Origin: Ptychomitrium polyphyllum
Lineage: Eukaryota
Direction: 5' to 3'
Length of the DNA: 64,000 nt
Assembly (NCBI GenBank): GCA_973851085.1
Contig: OZ316775.1
Coordinates: forward strand, 9,362,001 to 9,426,000
Below the pieces are notes generated by a model. The model searched no databases and was not told where the DNA came from. It saw nothing but the letters and a program-made list of their open reading frames with translations. Shown in pieces: positions 1 through 13,498 of this stretch. The position numbers and the translations under genes were made by a program. Every line of letters starts with the position of its first letter. Positions within the stretch are counted from its first letter, which is position 1.

Positions 1-354
1 AAGGAACTAGTTGCCGAGGGCACCCCGGACAAGTTCGGTGGCTCTTTCCTCGTCCCCTCGTACCGAGGCTCTTCCTTTTTAGACCCCAAGGGCCGGGGTG
101 GATCCACCGGTTACGACAACGCTGTTGCCTTGCCCGCTGGAGGCGCTGGTGATGAGGAGGAGCTTGCCAAGGAGAATCAGAAGAACACTGCTGCCCTGAA
201 CGGCAACATCACGTTCAGCATCGCCAAGAGCGACACCGAAACCGGTGAGATTGCAGGAACCTTCGAGAGCGTGCAGCCTTCGGATACCGATCTGGGCTCC
301 AAGGCTCCCAAGGAGGTGAGGATCGAGGGCATCTTCTATGGCCAGATAGAATAG
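1..354 (+). CDS. PSBO: Photosystem II oxygen-evolving enhancer protein 1 (33 kDa), C-terminal part; 5' end outside the window
   Basis: Frame is open from base 1: [48 protein letters not shown]...[46 protein letters not shown] and QPSDTDLG are hallmark PsbO motifs. Confidence 0.97.
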   Translation, partial: KELVAEGTPDKFGGSFLVPSYRGSSFLDPKGRGGSTGYDNAVALPAGGAGDEEELAKENQKNTAALNGNITFSIAKSDTETGEIAGTFESVQPSDTDLGSKAPKEVRIEGIFYGQIE

Positions 355-1549
355 ATCTGTGGCGCATGCTCTGCTTCTCTTTGGCTCCCCTCTCATTCTC
401 AGTTTTGATGTCTATACTTAAGCCAAGACTCCACCTCTGTAATGTAATCTGCTCGTCCTTCCAATTCTGCGCAATTAGTCGATGATGTCCTCGTGCATGG
501 CAACCCGGGTGTGTGTTCGTGCATAGGAGTCCGGGATATTGTTATGGTGATCCAATATTGAAAAAATTTACACGCCACCCATGTTTTTTGAAGTTATTGT
601 GCTGGCCATAAATTTTGCGTCTGTTCTTCAGGGGCTGGGCGAGTTTGCTAGAGTGTTTCTAATTAGTTGCTGTTGTTGAATTGTGAGTCTGAACTGAGGA
701 TCAAGTGCAGTTTATGAGTTCCTGTTTGGGGTATAACATATTGCTCAGATTTTTGGAGTATTATGCTGGTTATGGCAACTGATGTAGTGGAGAGAAAGTT
801 GGTCCACTTGCGATTACGTTCTTCTTGCAAGGTTTCTGCTGCTCCGAGAAGCTATTGTCTTTGACTTCCACACATTATTCAGCTCTTATGAATTTGGCTT
901 TCTGTATCGCTGATGCCAGTACAGCATTCAAAGAAGGTCGGTGTGTGACACAATACCAGCATACAATCAATACTTCATCTAGTTAACAAGCTTGTAAATG
1001 CATCATTGATATTCTTGGATGGTTCATGCTAAGTGTTAAAGGTAGATTCTTCGTAACCGATTGTGTCCTTTCATAGAACCTCAATCCAAAACTGGAGAGA
1101 AAGCACCAATTGATTTCTACATCTGTTCTAGGTTCTTCTCTTATATTTCTAGTTGCTTTTAGGGTCATATCTAGGATTCTCTTACTTGAACTTCAACAAT
1201 TTGTGGTAAAAATGAAACCAAGGTTCGCATCAGATTAGAGCATCTTTCTTAAGCGGGGACTCTATTTCCAACTTGGTCTCCTTGTGTGCCAAACTGCGAA
1301 AAGCTATGGTTATGAAGATTTATCTTAGTTGTGGTATCTGAAGAACGCATGTTGAGAATCATCATTGCACACTCTTGATGTGAAACTAATCATTCAAGGA
1401 CAGATCACTGCAGTAATCACCATTACCAGATACACAATTTGCGAGGGCCAACTGCAAAACAGGTCTTGGCTCAAAGGATTAAGAACAGCATCTCCACATG
1501 GTGATGAGATGCTGCTGCACTTAAGAAGACAACCACTTGTACAACATTG

Positions 1550-4500
1550 AAATTTTTTTATAGCAATTGCTATAGTCAAGTTTAAATAACTTCACTTTGT
1601 GACGTGTACTTCAACTTTGTTAGTTGCAATTCAAAGTTATGAGTAATCTTGATGAAATTTAAGAAAATCAAAGTCAAGGTAATATCAGTAAAAAAAAAAT
1701 ACATAATTGATTATAATGGTCAATATATCTTTGAAATCATTATTAATTACAAAAAATAAAAATACATTGGGGTACAAATTCAGTGTATTTGATTGATTAA
1801 TCGGAGTATTGAAAGTGGATTTATACATTATTTAACATTTTAATTCTTGCAAGCAATCAATTGAGCACTAATAAGGTAAATATAATTTTTCTTCAAAAGA
1901 AAGGATTTTTGTAATGTATGAATCTCAAAGAAAGAGGGAATTATAATCCAGTTACAAATTATCTGTATTTGTTGTTTCATTATAATATATAAATACCTTA
2001 TGTGGAAATCTTGAATTAATTTTAGGATATTTTATATATTTAATTCTTCGATTTCTAAGATGATCAAAGAAAATATTAAAATCTTATTATTAATATTTTA
2101 AAATTTTAGGATTTAGTTTTACAAAAGCATATTCAATATAATGGAAAAAAATTAAAAAGAAAAATGCTAATTATTAAGTGTATTATTTCATTTTTATCAT
2201 TCCTTTATATATGCAATTAAAGTTCATAAATAAGATATTTAACAACCAGATACTTTCATGTAATATCTATAATCTTTATAAAGACCTTTTACAAATATCT
2301 CTTTTATTTTATTCCATAAATATAAACTCATTCAAACAATTATGGAAATAAGACATAAAATTCTTTAAAGTTGTTTATCAAGCTAAAAGTTTATAATTTG
2401 AAGACAACAAATAATTTTCTTTATATTGAATGGATTAATACAATTAAAAAACACCACCAATCCTCTTTATTTGTAAGAGTCAAAGCAACATAAAAACCAT
2501 CAATTTTAAGAAGTAGATTTTAAATTCTATAATAAATAAAGTTTACTACATTTAATAAGTATAGTTTATATTTTTGAGTTAATCATCTTGAAAATATGAT
2601 AAATGAGTTGGAATACATGGAATAGATCCATAACATATAAGATTTTTGAACAAATTATTGAACAAAACATATGAAAAATATGGAAAAAATGAAAGTAATA
2701 TAATATATGAAAAAGTGGTTTGTAAACATGAATTTATTGAATTGTAATATTAATTAGCTTCTATTATTTAAAAATATTCACTTTCAATATACAAAGAAAT
2801 TTATATTCAATTCTTTAAATTCAAAATTCTTATGAACTTCCAAATTATATCTAATATGAAGAGTTTTATAAAGAATGAACTTTTTATGTATAATGATTGT
2901 TTTATGTAATTTCAAAGTCAAAAATATTCATCTTTATAGTATAGCTTTACAATAGTATTATATAATAGTTTTCATTATAATTTACAAATTTCAAGCTTAT
3001 AACATATTTAGATTGAAAACTTTGTCATATTAAAAATTAAAATTCATAATAAATGGAATTTGAAATCTAAGTTTACAACAAAATATAATTGGATTTTTCA
3101 ATTTGGCCTTTCAATTTGTTTTGAAGTTATGAAATAATAATTTATCATCTTCCTTGTAGGAAAATTCAAATTCAATTATTTGGTCATGTGAGAGTTTAGT
3201 TATAAAAGGGTTTAAAATGATTTGATGGCATTAAAGTGTAATACAATGTTTTATATGAATGGTACTTATTTCAAAAACATGCATTTTGTCCATATGTTGA
3301 ATTAGTCATTCTTTGAAAGATATTAATATGCTTTTTGTTAAGAAATTTTGGAAATACCAAATTACTTCCATTAGCCTCATACATTTTACATATTTAAAGT
3401 GATATTATTGGTACAAACAATCAAAAAAATTTATTTCATTGAATATACAGATTTTTTTAGTGCTACATGACTATTTCTACCACAAATGAAGAATACAAAT
3501 TTTTCAGTGTAGGAAAGATTAAAACATCAAATAATGATTTTGCATGTTGTTTGTTAAATTGATTATTGGAATAATTTTCTAATTTTATTATGTCTAATAA
3601 TTTTTATAATATATCATAGTTTCTTTCTTTACTGAAAATAATATTTGAGATTGTATTCTCCAATTTTAATGGAACTACACAAGCCTATAGGCTAAGTTTA
3701 TTACATTGACACCATTGTGTTGATTTTGTATTCAATTGTTACAATCAACTTTTGCCCAAATTATAAATCTTCATATTGTGCATTATTAATTAAAGTTTAT
3801 ATGAAATCTCATAAGAAAAAATTCAAGCATTAAAAAGTGGCATTGAAGCTAATGTAAATATGTACTTTGAAGACTTTTAATATTATTGGAAGTTTTGATG
3901 TCTAGCCAAATCTCCAAAACCAAGATGTAAATAAAGTTAAAAAGTATTTTGATTTTTTCATTAATATAAAATTCTTAAAAGAATCCGTATTGGAACTTTT
4001 ACTTTAAGTAATGCAATTGATCCATTGCCATATTTTATTTTATTTTTAAATTTCTTTATTATTGCCATTAGCCTCTTTTTTGTGGCTTACATGTTTTCTT
4101 TTTATTCCTTTTATTATTTTTTTTGTTTCATTATTTAAAGCTTCTCTATACCTTGGTATCTTCCTTTATCTTGTTGATTGCCTTTATTCTTCTTTGGTAT
4201 TTGTCAAACGTTCATAAGCATATCAAAACGGTAAAAACAAATAAAACAAATATTTGTAGAAAGTATTTTTTGTATAAGTGTCAAAAATCCACAGACTAAA
4301 AATATTATAGCAATTCTTTTTAAATTGTATTGAATACCTTGGGCAACCATTTAAGGGTCATTAAAATGAAATTAAAGATTAAATTTCTTTAAGGAAAGAT
4401 TTCAAGCAAAAATTAGACAATTTCAAAGCTTTGAAACTAATACATGACTATCTTTAATGACCATTTGGAAACCCCTCTTTTAAAGAAATAATTCCATCAT

Positions 4501-5900
4501 CCAATGATATAATGATGGTATATTTGTTATAATGGAAAATTTGAAGCATTAGTTTTAATATTCAACAAAAAGAATCTAAATAAGATTATATCTTTTAAAG
4601 TAAATTATTTACAACTTTAAATTATGTAACAAATTTGTTGGCAAGTTATGAATTCTAATTTTGTTTGTTTGAAAGCGTGTTTCATATAATAAGTTCAAAT
4701 TTTGTATTTTTTTTCATTTGGTAGATCAATATTACATTGCAAGTTAGCTTGCACTATTGGCAAGAAATTGTTGGAATAGAAAGTATAAAATAAAGTTAAT
4801 AGTAGTAATGGTTGCTAGATGAAGGAATCCATTATTCTTTATTAATATTATGGTTTTATTTCTACTTAAAATTATGAAGCCATATAATTATTATTTTTCA
4901 AACTTTGTATTTAATTCACATTTATAAAGGCACAAAACCATTATTCAATTATTTGTGAAATTTGGCTTCGAAATGTTCATAGATGATTTTGATTATTGAA
5001 GTTGATTCTAACATTAATGATCGTATGAACTTCTCTAATTAAGTTTGAAGTTTTCACATAGCTTTAAAAAAAATTGATACCAATAATTGTCACATGATTA
5101 ATTTTAAATAGTTGTAATTGAAATCTCTTCATGATTTCAAATTTGCCATTTTGTTCCACTATAACAAATTTACTCTTTTATTTCATCATCAAAACTTTGT
5201 TTTACAAAAAGATTGGATCATTGGAGGAGTTTATACTTCCAAATTATCAAAATAGAGTCATATCTTTAAGCATTTGCTTCCACATGCTATCACTATAATT
5301 TATTGTAGATTTTCTCTTTTAATTTGAGGTATTTGAAGCGGCAATCGTTGAAGAATGTTATGCATGTTGCTTAAAAATTAGCATTAATTTAATGTCTTTC
5401 ATTTAAGTTTTGGTATTATGCATTGTGCTTCCTTGAGTGCTTCAAGATATGTTTGCTTTAAAAATATGTTGAATCATGAGATGCCTTTGTTACTATTCTA
5501 AAACTCCAAATGGTCTTTTCCAAGTTCCAACATTCCTTTAATTTTGCAAAAGAGATATTGCCTTTAAACTACTATAATTGAACAAACTTCTTCCATTCAT
5601 TGGCTAAGATTCTAATTTTGGCTAAGCGATATTTTCAAGAAATTGCCATTCCACATTACACAAGCTTTGTTAATTGGTGGTTCACAAGGTTGCAAAATCT
5701 TCATGTAAGCCTCTTTGCAAAATCTTCATGTGTGCAAAAGGATAGTTTTGGTATGAATATGTAATTGATTTTGTATACTTTGACAATGTCATAGAGTAAT
5801 ATGTGTGCTTTTGAAAATGGAGTTTGAAAGTGAATATAGACTCCATAATGTAAATCTAGGACCCTCCATTTGTAGGCCAAATACACTAACCCACTCTTAA
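1550..5900. other. Very AT-rich, ORF-less block, probably decayed transposon sequence (family not identifiable)
   Basis: Abrupt drop in GC, near absence of CpG and no ORF of 60 aa or more for about 4 kb. No recognisable TE motif or termini. Boundaries are approximate. Confidence 0.4.
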
Positions 5901-8373
5901 TATACACCTTTTATGCTTTTGGGCCATATTTCTAGTTAGAACTGTGCACATTCATAATCGCACTCTCTCATAAACAAAACCTCAAAATTCACAAAACATT
6001 TGTAGGCTGCCAAAACAACATCAACTCATCACATCTGGATTCATATCTGAAAAGGAGAAGTGGGGTCAATTATTGCAAAACCTCATTGTACAGCCCCATC
6101 TGTGTGAAGAATTCTAGAAGTGGTGGATGTAGATGCTATGAGTTCACAAAAGATGGCACAGCAATGCCCCCTGTAGCTCCTGTACTTGGCCTACCATAGA
6201 ATATTATAGAGTATGTTTTCACATCTTATGCAGACGTCGAGAAAATTATATATTTGCATCAACCTGAGAGTACAGTGACAGTGGCTGATTCACTTAGCTT
6301 AAAGCTACAACGGAACTCACTGAATGTAAAGCTGATTCAAACTCTGCAGCAGCAACAGTCATGTGGATTAGTTTGCCATGGCGTAGAGTGGTAGCCATGA
6401 TCTCCAAGGGCTGCTGCCAAGGCAGAAGCAGCGTGACACTGTGAGTGTGTGCGCTTCTGAGAGGAAAACAGGGAATGAAGTTACAGGCTTGCAGAGGAAT
6501 CACAAGCTGGTTAGCTTCATAGAGGGATTACCAGACTGATGCTAAAGTAGGGATCTCGTCAGGCACCTCTAGTGTGTAGAGTACTTCTCTTCCACGGCCC
6601 CCTTGCAGAGGCCTGAGACTTGCAGCGGTTTCGCTTCTTGGGCTAAATATCGTTCTTCAGTAGCCTCTTAGAACGCTCTCACAAGGAACCATCCCATCCT
6701 TTATCAGTTGCACATTGAGGGAGTATTTGCACCAAATCACCAAGAGAAAAACTCTCGATTCTATGGATTCAGTACCACATGCTCTCCCTATCATTTTTTA
6801 ATTTTTTTGGTAAATTCTTGCTTTTCAAGGTGGAGTGAGTTGCTTCATGTAAAGAATGTTACAAATATTAGAGTGCCCAAATATGATTTTTCATCATATA
6901 TCGATAATCTTGGCTAATAAAAAAATTATGATGACGAATACAGAACACAAATTTTGCTACCATCAGCACCTTTCAACCAATACTTATAACAACCTGGATA
7001 AAAACTGAAACTGAAAACATGAACGCTGCTTGGGAGGAAGCCTTTTCCAGGCCGAACATGCAGCTACCCCTGTTACAGTACCTAGAGTTTGTACAATATT
7101 TGTAAAATATGTAAAAGATAGCAACTGTAGTACGCTTCTGAGCTCATGTGCTTTAGAATCGTTCAACGCAGCCTCTGCTGCAGTTTTGTGTCAGCCTGGT
7201 CGGCAATGCATGTGTTTGATGAGGAATGTAGTACAGCACAATGTTATGCATATTGGTTTGGGTGGTTTTATGAGTCTTCTGGGAGATCGAAGTTTGTATT
7301 GATTTTTAGGATATGGAGATGATGATTGGGTCTCTGTATGTGTGTATATGGTAGTGAGTGAGTGATTGGATGTACGCGTCTAGTATTGCTTGAAGGTGAT
7401 GAGACTGGAGAGGAAAGGACTGTCTTTGAAGAGTTTGCCGCTCTCATTACTTGCTCTGAACTCAGTGGAGTCGATTGTTGGTGAGTTTCCATGTCTACTC
7501 TCTGTGAAGATCCTTGCACACATTTGCACCGTGGTGAGGCTCTGTGAGAGAGGATCATTGCAGGGTCTTTGAGAATGCGTGTGAGGATGCATAACATATA
7601 GCTATTTACTGGGTTTGAAAAAGTTCCTCGTTACCGTTGGAACCATTTTCTTGGGCGTGGGTCTCAGAATGCAAGAGTAGCCACGCGCAAGCTCAGGGTG
7701 ATAGGAGCACATGTTGCGGCAGGAGTTGGAGAATGAGATGGAAGCTTGCCACTTTTCTTGCTCAAGCAGTGCTTGTTGTGATCACGAAACAGGTCCCGGC
7801 GCACCCACATTTTGATCCACTAGGAATAGGAATCTAGAGATTTTCTACTGGATAGTAATAAGGTGTCGTTTTCGGTGGGTACTTTGATCACGTGTGGGAC
7901 TGATTCTTAGCTTCATCTTGGGCGTCCTTTTCTCCTTTCTTAATCAAACTAGCGAGGAAATTGAGCGGAGGAGAATTTTGTAGTAGAAACTTATGAAGAA
8001 GAACGGTGACCTTTCAGTGTAGGGCAATGGATTTCCTATTGCAACTCTCTTTGCAGTGTCAAGATTTTGCCGGTTTTTTATCGCTGCTCTAATCTTCTTG
8101 GCCACGATCTGCGTCCAGATCACTTAGGTCGTTGTGTGACTAGAAAAATGGAGATTGATCTGTGGACATGCAGTTGAGCCATGGCCTAGAGCGTAGAGTC
8201 TTGCTAACCATAATGATGAGATATGTTCTGCGAACTGAGTTATCTGAGAATTGTAACATAGTAGGCAATGAGGGAAATCAGCTCGGAGTTTCAGTGTACT
8301 ATGAGTAAAATAGCAGCAAGTAGAAGCGAAGACGCTGGAAGTAGTGACAAGGGAAGTTAGTACGAAGAGCGGC

Positions 8374-11300
8374 ATGCCAGGCCCAGCTGCTGGACTGATG
8401 TGGCTATGGCGTACACTTCTACCTCTCCTGGTTCTGTTATACCATCCGGGTGTCGATGCTAATGACGGAAATCCTGAAGGTATCGTTTCCCTGCTCTCAC
8501 TCAACATTGTGTCTTTTTTTGGGAACTTTCAAACATACTTCGAAGTTGACAAGTTGCTTCGTCACTAGAGGAATGGAGAGATTGCAGGGAGCTATTTTTG
8601 AGAAGCAGAATTAAGTTTCATGATTGTGACCATGTCCAGAGTCAGAGAATGACCTTGGATTATTAGATTGTTGGATTGTAAGTATGGGCAATAGCATATA
8701 GCTCCTGAAGAAAGAAACCAAAGAGGTTATGTTGCCCTTAGCCCTCATATTGTCGTCTGAGTATTTATCCTTTCTTTGAGTTTTGGGAAACTAACATTTA
8801 GTGTGTGGCAATCGTGCAGTGAAGTCTTTATTTTCTATAAAGCAAGCTCTCCAGGATCCGGAAAATGTGCTTGCGTCATGGGATCCGAACTATCTGTCCC
8901 CCTGCACCTTCGCGTTCGTCGAGTGTGATGATAACAATTCTGTCTCCGGCTTGTACGTGCCGCTTACCTCAATGCCACACTCCAGTTGTAGCAACAAACA
9001 TTGTTGGGGTTCATGAATTTTACTACTTGGACGCATAAATCTGTAGCTACGCATCAAGTACGAACAGACTCAATCGGATATTAGAATTGTCAATGATTCA
9101 TATCTGACCAGCCGTAGGTCAGAGGTATCACTATGAAATACTACGTATTAGTGGAAATCGACGTGTAGTCAAGGATGAGCCCTGAGAGGAATTGTGAAAC
9201 ATTAAACGATGGTTACGTGGTTCTGTTTGATGGTTCAGGGAGCTACCCCGACATGGTTTATCTGGAAGCCTGTCACCTCTGATTGGGAGTCTCTCAAATC
9301 TTCAGCGCCTGTATGTACCTCCAACTCACTCACTAGAAGAATTCCATCTATGGGTTAATTTTTAAGAATACTGCATAACTCTTGTTTCATAATTGTGTTC
9401 AGTCAAGCAGCAAGTATAGATACAGTTTTACTACGCTAGATTCTTGTTGTCAAAGTCAGTCTGTTTCAAGCAGTCCAAAAAGTTTGTTTTTTCCACTATG
9501 CAAGCTCTATACCACTTTTCCCTGTTTGACAGAATAATAACCAACAATTCAATATCCGGCACGCTACCCTCGGAGATTGGGAAACTACCAAAGCTTGTGG
9601 TGTTGGACTTGTCTAGGAATGCTTTCCATGGTGTTATTCCCGAAGCTGTTGTCAACTTGACAAGCCTAGCGATTCTGTAAGAAATCACTTCGGAACTGTC
9701 AAAAATACTCAATTAGCGGTTAAGGAATGCTATGTTCGCTGCTTCTTTAATTTTTGCTTCAAGCCTACGCTAATGTGTTCGTACTTCAAAGTCCCACTCA
9801 ACCTCCTCAGTCTTTATTTGCATTTTTTCACTGAAACCGTGTCACGTTGTGTGGGTGTCCTTTTTACAGAAATCTAGGAGGGAATCACTTCAATGGAAGT
9901 TTCCCATTCTTTGTTGCTAACATGTCCTCCTTGCAATCACTGTAAGTTTCGGCTTCTTGCACAATGGCCTGTTGAGACTTCAGAAATACTCGTGATTATG
10001 ATGTCGGAAGACATGCATGTCCTATCAATTTGTGCTAAAACGACAGTTGTGTAGCACCCTACATCTTTGAATTCAAGTTTGAGTGTAATGAGTGTTCTTG
10101 TTTTTGTTTCAGAGATATTTCCCATAACAACTTGGAAGGTCCTGTGCCCAAGATTCAGACATTGAAAAATTTGATGTAAGAATGCTGAACATTTGAGAGA
10201 TACCAAGCTCTAACTCTTACGTGGACACTTGCAGGAATTGGTTGATTGATAGGTTGATCAATTGCACGAAAGATACTCACAGCAGTATGACATTAAACAT
10301 GTTAAAATTCTTAGGCTACAATGAGTTATAAAATGTTTTGAATGAATGTTTTTACTCAGGATTGTATCACTTAGTCTTCATACAAGATCAGGCTATTGTG
10401 AGGTATCCATTGGACGTTTCATGTTAGGACTCTTCAACAAAATATAGATGAAACATACTATTCGTAGTATGTAGCTAGGCACTGACGTCTCCGCTTCATC
10501 TGTGTGATTTCTTACAAATATGATCTGTCAGAGCGGATGGTAATAATTTGTGCGGATGGGCCATAGGGAAGGAGTGTCCTGGTGACCCTCCACTTCCCAA
10601 CCCTGCAAACATAGATATTGCTGATGGTGAGTTTCCTATTCACCTTTCCGTACTAGTTGCGAAACGCCATTCAAAGAACTACTAGTGCAGTTGTGAACCT
10701 TTGCACGTTTTTCCATGAGTGCTTCATATCAAACAGATCTTATAAGCATAAAAATAAAATAAAGTAACTCTTCCATGCTGAGTTTGTAAGACTTGTTAGA
10801 GAATGTTTCTGTAACTGCGAAGTTCGAAGTGGCGAACAGAGTAGAAAGGGTTTATACATTCATGCAACGGTTCATATTCAATCATGTTCATGTATGAACA
10901 TTTGCAGATAGAAGCAGAAGATCATCAGACACATCAGCTGTAGCCTGTGGCCTGTCATTGGGAGCAGCAGTGTTACTGGGGTTTTCTGTGTTTTGCTTCT
11001 TATGGTGGCGCCGCCGCAATACCAAACAAGTCTTCTTTGATGTAAATGGTAACAGTTGCACTTGATCATGTACTTATACTACGTTTCATCTCATTGTATA
11101 ATCGCCATCAGCCAAAAAATTTCTGCACCTGCAATAGATGCACCAAAAGTTAGAGCTCATATATGGTCCCTGAGGTGATAATTGGAAATTTTTGGTGACC
11201 ATTACAGCTTGCTCTGGACGTGTCGATTGAATAATGTGATTGTGGTGTTTCATCTCGAATCGTCGACTTGATTTAGGTTTTTCTCCAATTCTGCTTCAAG

Positions 11301-13498
11301 CTGTAAGATCGTTAGTTGGATACTTCATTATGTTGATTCTGACTTGAAAATTTTGAATGTAATGTTGTTCCAGAACAACAAGACCCTGACGTCCTATTAG
11401 GACAACTCAAGAAATTCTCATTCGGGGAACTTCAGATAGCTACTGATAACTTTAACATGAAGAACATACTTGGAAAAGGTGGTTTTGGGAATGTCTATAA
11501 GGGTTATCTCTTTGATGGGTCAATCGTGGCTGTGAAGCGTTTAAAGGGTGAAGGCAGTGCTGGTCATGAAGTGCAGTTCCAGACTGAAGTTGAAATGATC
11601 TCACTAGCTGTGCATAGAAATCTTCTGCGCTTGCGAGGTTTTTGCATGACTCCATCGGAGCGTCTGCTTGTTTACCCCTACATGCCCAATGGCAGTGTGG
11701 CATCTCGTCTCCGAGGTGGGTAAGGTTCCTACGTATTAAAATTCATAAGTCCTTTGCTGTGCACTATATTAGTTACAAATAAAATGGAAATTACGTGTTT
11801 GCACCAATGAGGTGTTAGAGTGAAATTGAAGTATTATTTGGTGAGTTGGGGCCTCTTGTTTTTTGGCCCTCTCAGTTTATAACCGCAAAAGTCATCAAAG
11901 CAACTGAGGATTCATCGTTTGTTTTTTATAGAACTCCCTTTCTGGAGTGTTGATTTTCAAATTACACTCTACATGTGCATGAGCAGCCTGATCTCGAACT
12001 CACATTGATAGGTCATATTACAGTCTCACCCCATTGTGAATCCGAGATATGAAAATTAGTCAATTCTCTTTTCTCTTGTATCTGCCATTAACTTCTTTGT
12101 TGTTTTGTGTCATTGATAGACACAGTGTCTGGGAAGCCAGCATTAGACTGGTCTAAACGCAAGTGCATTGCCCTTGGAGCTGCACGGGGCCTACTCTACT
12201 TACACGAGTACTGCGATCCCAAAATCATACATCGAGATGTGAAGGCAGCGAATATATTGCTTGATGAAGATTTTGAAGCTGTAGTTGGTGACTTTGGACT
12301 TGCCAAACTGTTGGATCACCGAAACTCTCATGTAACGACTGCAGTTCGAGGCACAGTTGGGCACATTGCACCTGAATACCTATCTACTGGTCAATCTTCC
12401 GAAAAGACAGATGTCTTCGGATATGGCGTTCTCTTACTAGAACTCATTACAGGACAAAGGGCATTTGAGTTCGGCCGCCTGTCAAACCAAAACGACATGA
12501 TGCTTCTTGACTGGGTAAGGAACCAGAATGCTAATTCCTTTGACCAGCACCAACTGTGACCACATGAGCAAGAGCAGTATGCCAGGAAGGTATTAGGAAG
12601 TCAGATTGAGCTTTTTTAACAAGAACAACTTTAAATCAACTTGAAAGTGTAAAGTGATAATGGTGTTTTGCATACATCATAATTTGAGCACCATCAACTT
12701 TCTTGGCATCGGTAACCAATTGAACTTGGAAGTGTGGACCATGTTTTACACGTCTTGTATGATGTCAGAATAGAAGAACTTAGTGACTTGAGCTCTGCAC
12801 AGTAGTCGCTGTTCTCTAATTCCTAAAATCTGCATAATGGCCGCTTATTCAAGATGATGTGTGGTACATAACAGGTGAAGAAACTTCAGGCTGAGAAGAG
12901 ACTCGATTTGTTGGTGGATGCGGACCTCAAGTCACAGTACAATTCACTTGAGCTGGAAGAGATGGTGCAGGTAAGAAATAGAGCTTCCCTGGACCCTAAA
13001 TCATCTCGCACCATCCCAATTAGCTCTTGATACAATTGTGCATGTCCTAAATTCCTGTGAACAATTTAACACTTCTTTAATGAATGCAGGCATCATCTCA
13101 TTTAAGGTTTGAGACAGAGTTTCTAGCAACTCTATTTCTCGTACCGCTGATGGTTACACAGTAATCTTTGCCACTCTCTACACTTTATAACTGGACTATT
13201 TTGTTTGTCTGTTTACGAAGATTTAGGATATACACTCTCTTAATGACCCCATTGTGCCCTACATGTGACATGATTTCAGGTGGCACTCCTGAGCACCCAA
13301 TTGAGTCCCACCGAGCGCCCCAAAATGCAAGATATTGTCCGAATGCTGGAGGGCGATGGACTGGCTGAAAGATGGGAGCAATGGCGGGAAGTGGAAAGCC
13401 GAAGAAGTAGGGAAGCGCTGCTCCCACGAAGATATTGCGAACTGGTTGAAGATTCTTCATGGGACATTGAAGCCATTCAACTGTCAGGACCCAGATAG
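8374..13498 (+). CDS. LRR receptor-like kinase, subfamily II (SERK/NIK/CIK family, NIK/CIK-like), about 625 aa
   Basis: 12 GT-AG exons join in frame (1878 nt): 8374-8479, 8820-8952, 9239-9310, 9533-9676, 9870-9941, 10113-10175, 10532-10626, 10908-11048, 11374-11715, 12120-12514, 12875-12970, 13280-13498. Features: signal peptide, [10 protein letters not shown] cap, 72/144/72-nt LRR exons, TM followed by [22 protein letters not shown] kinase ([32 protein letters not shown]) and C-terminal LSGPR. Confidence 0.95.

Noticed and set aside
79..396. 105-aa minus-strand ORF
   Set aside because: Antisense shadow of the GC-rich PSBO coding sequence.
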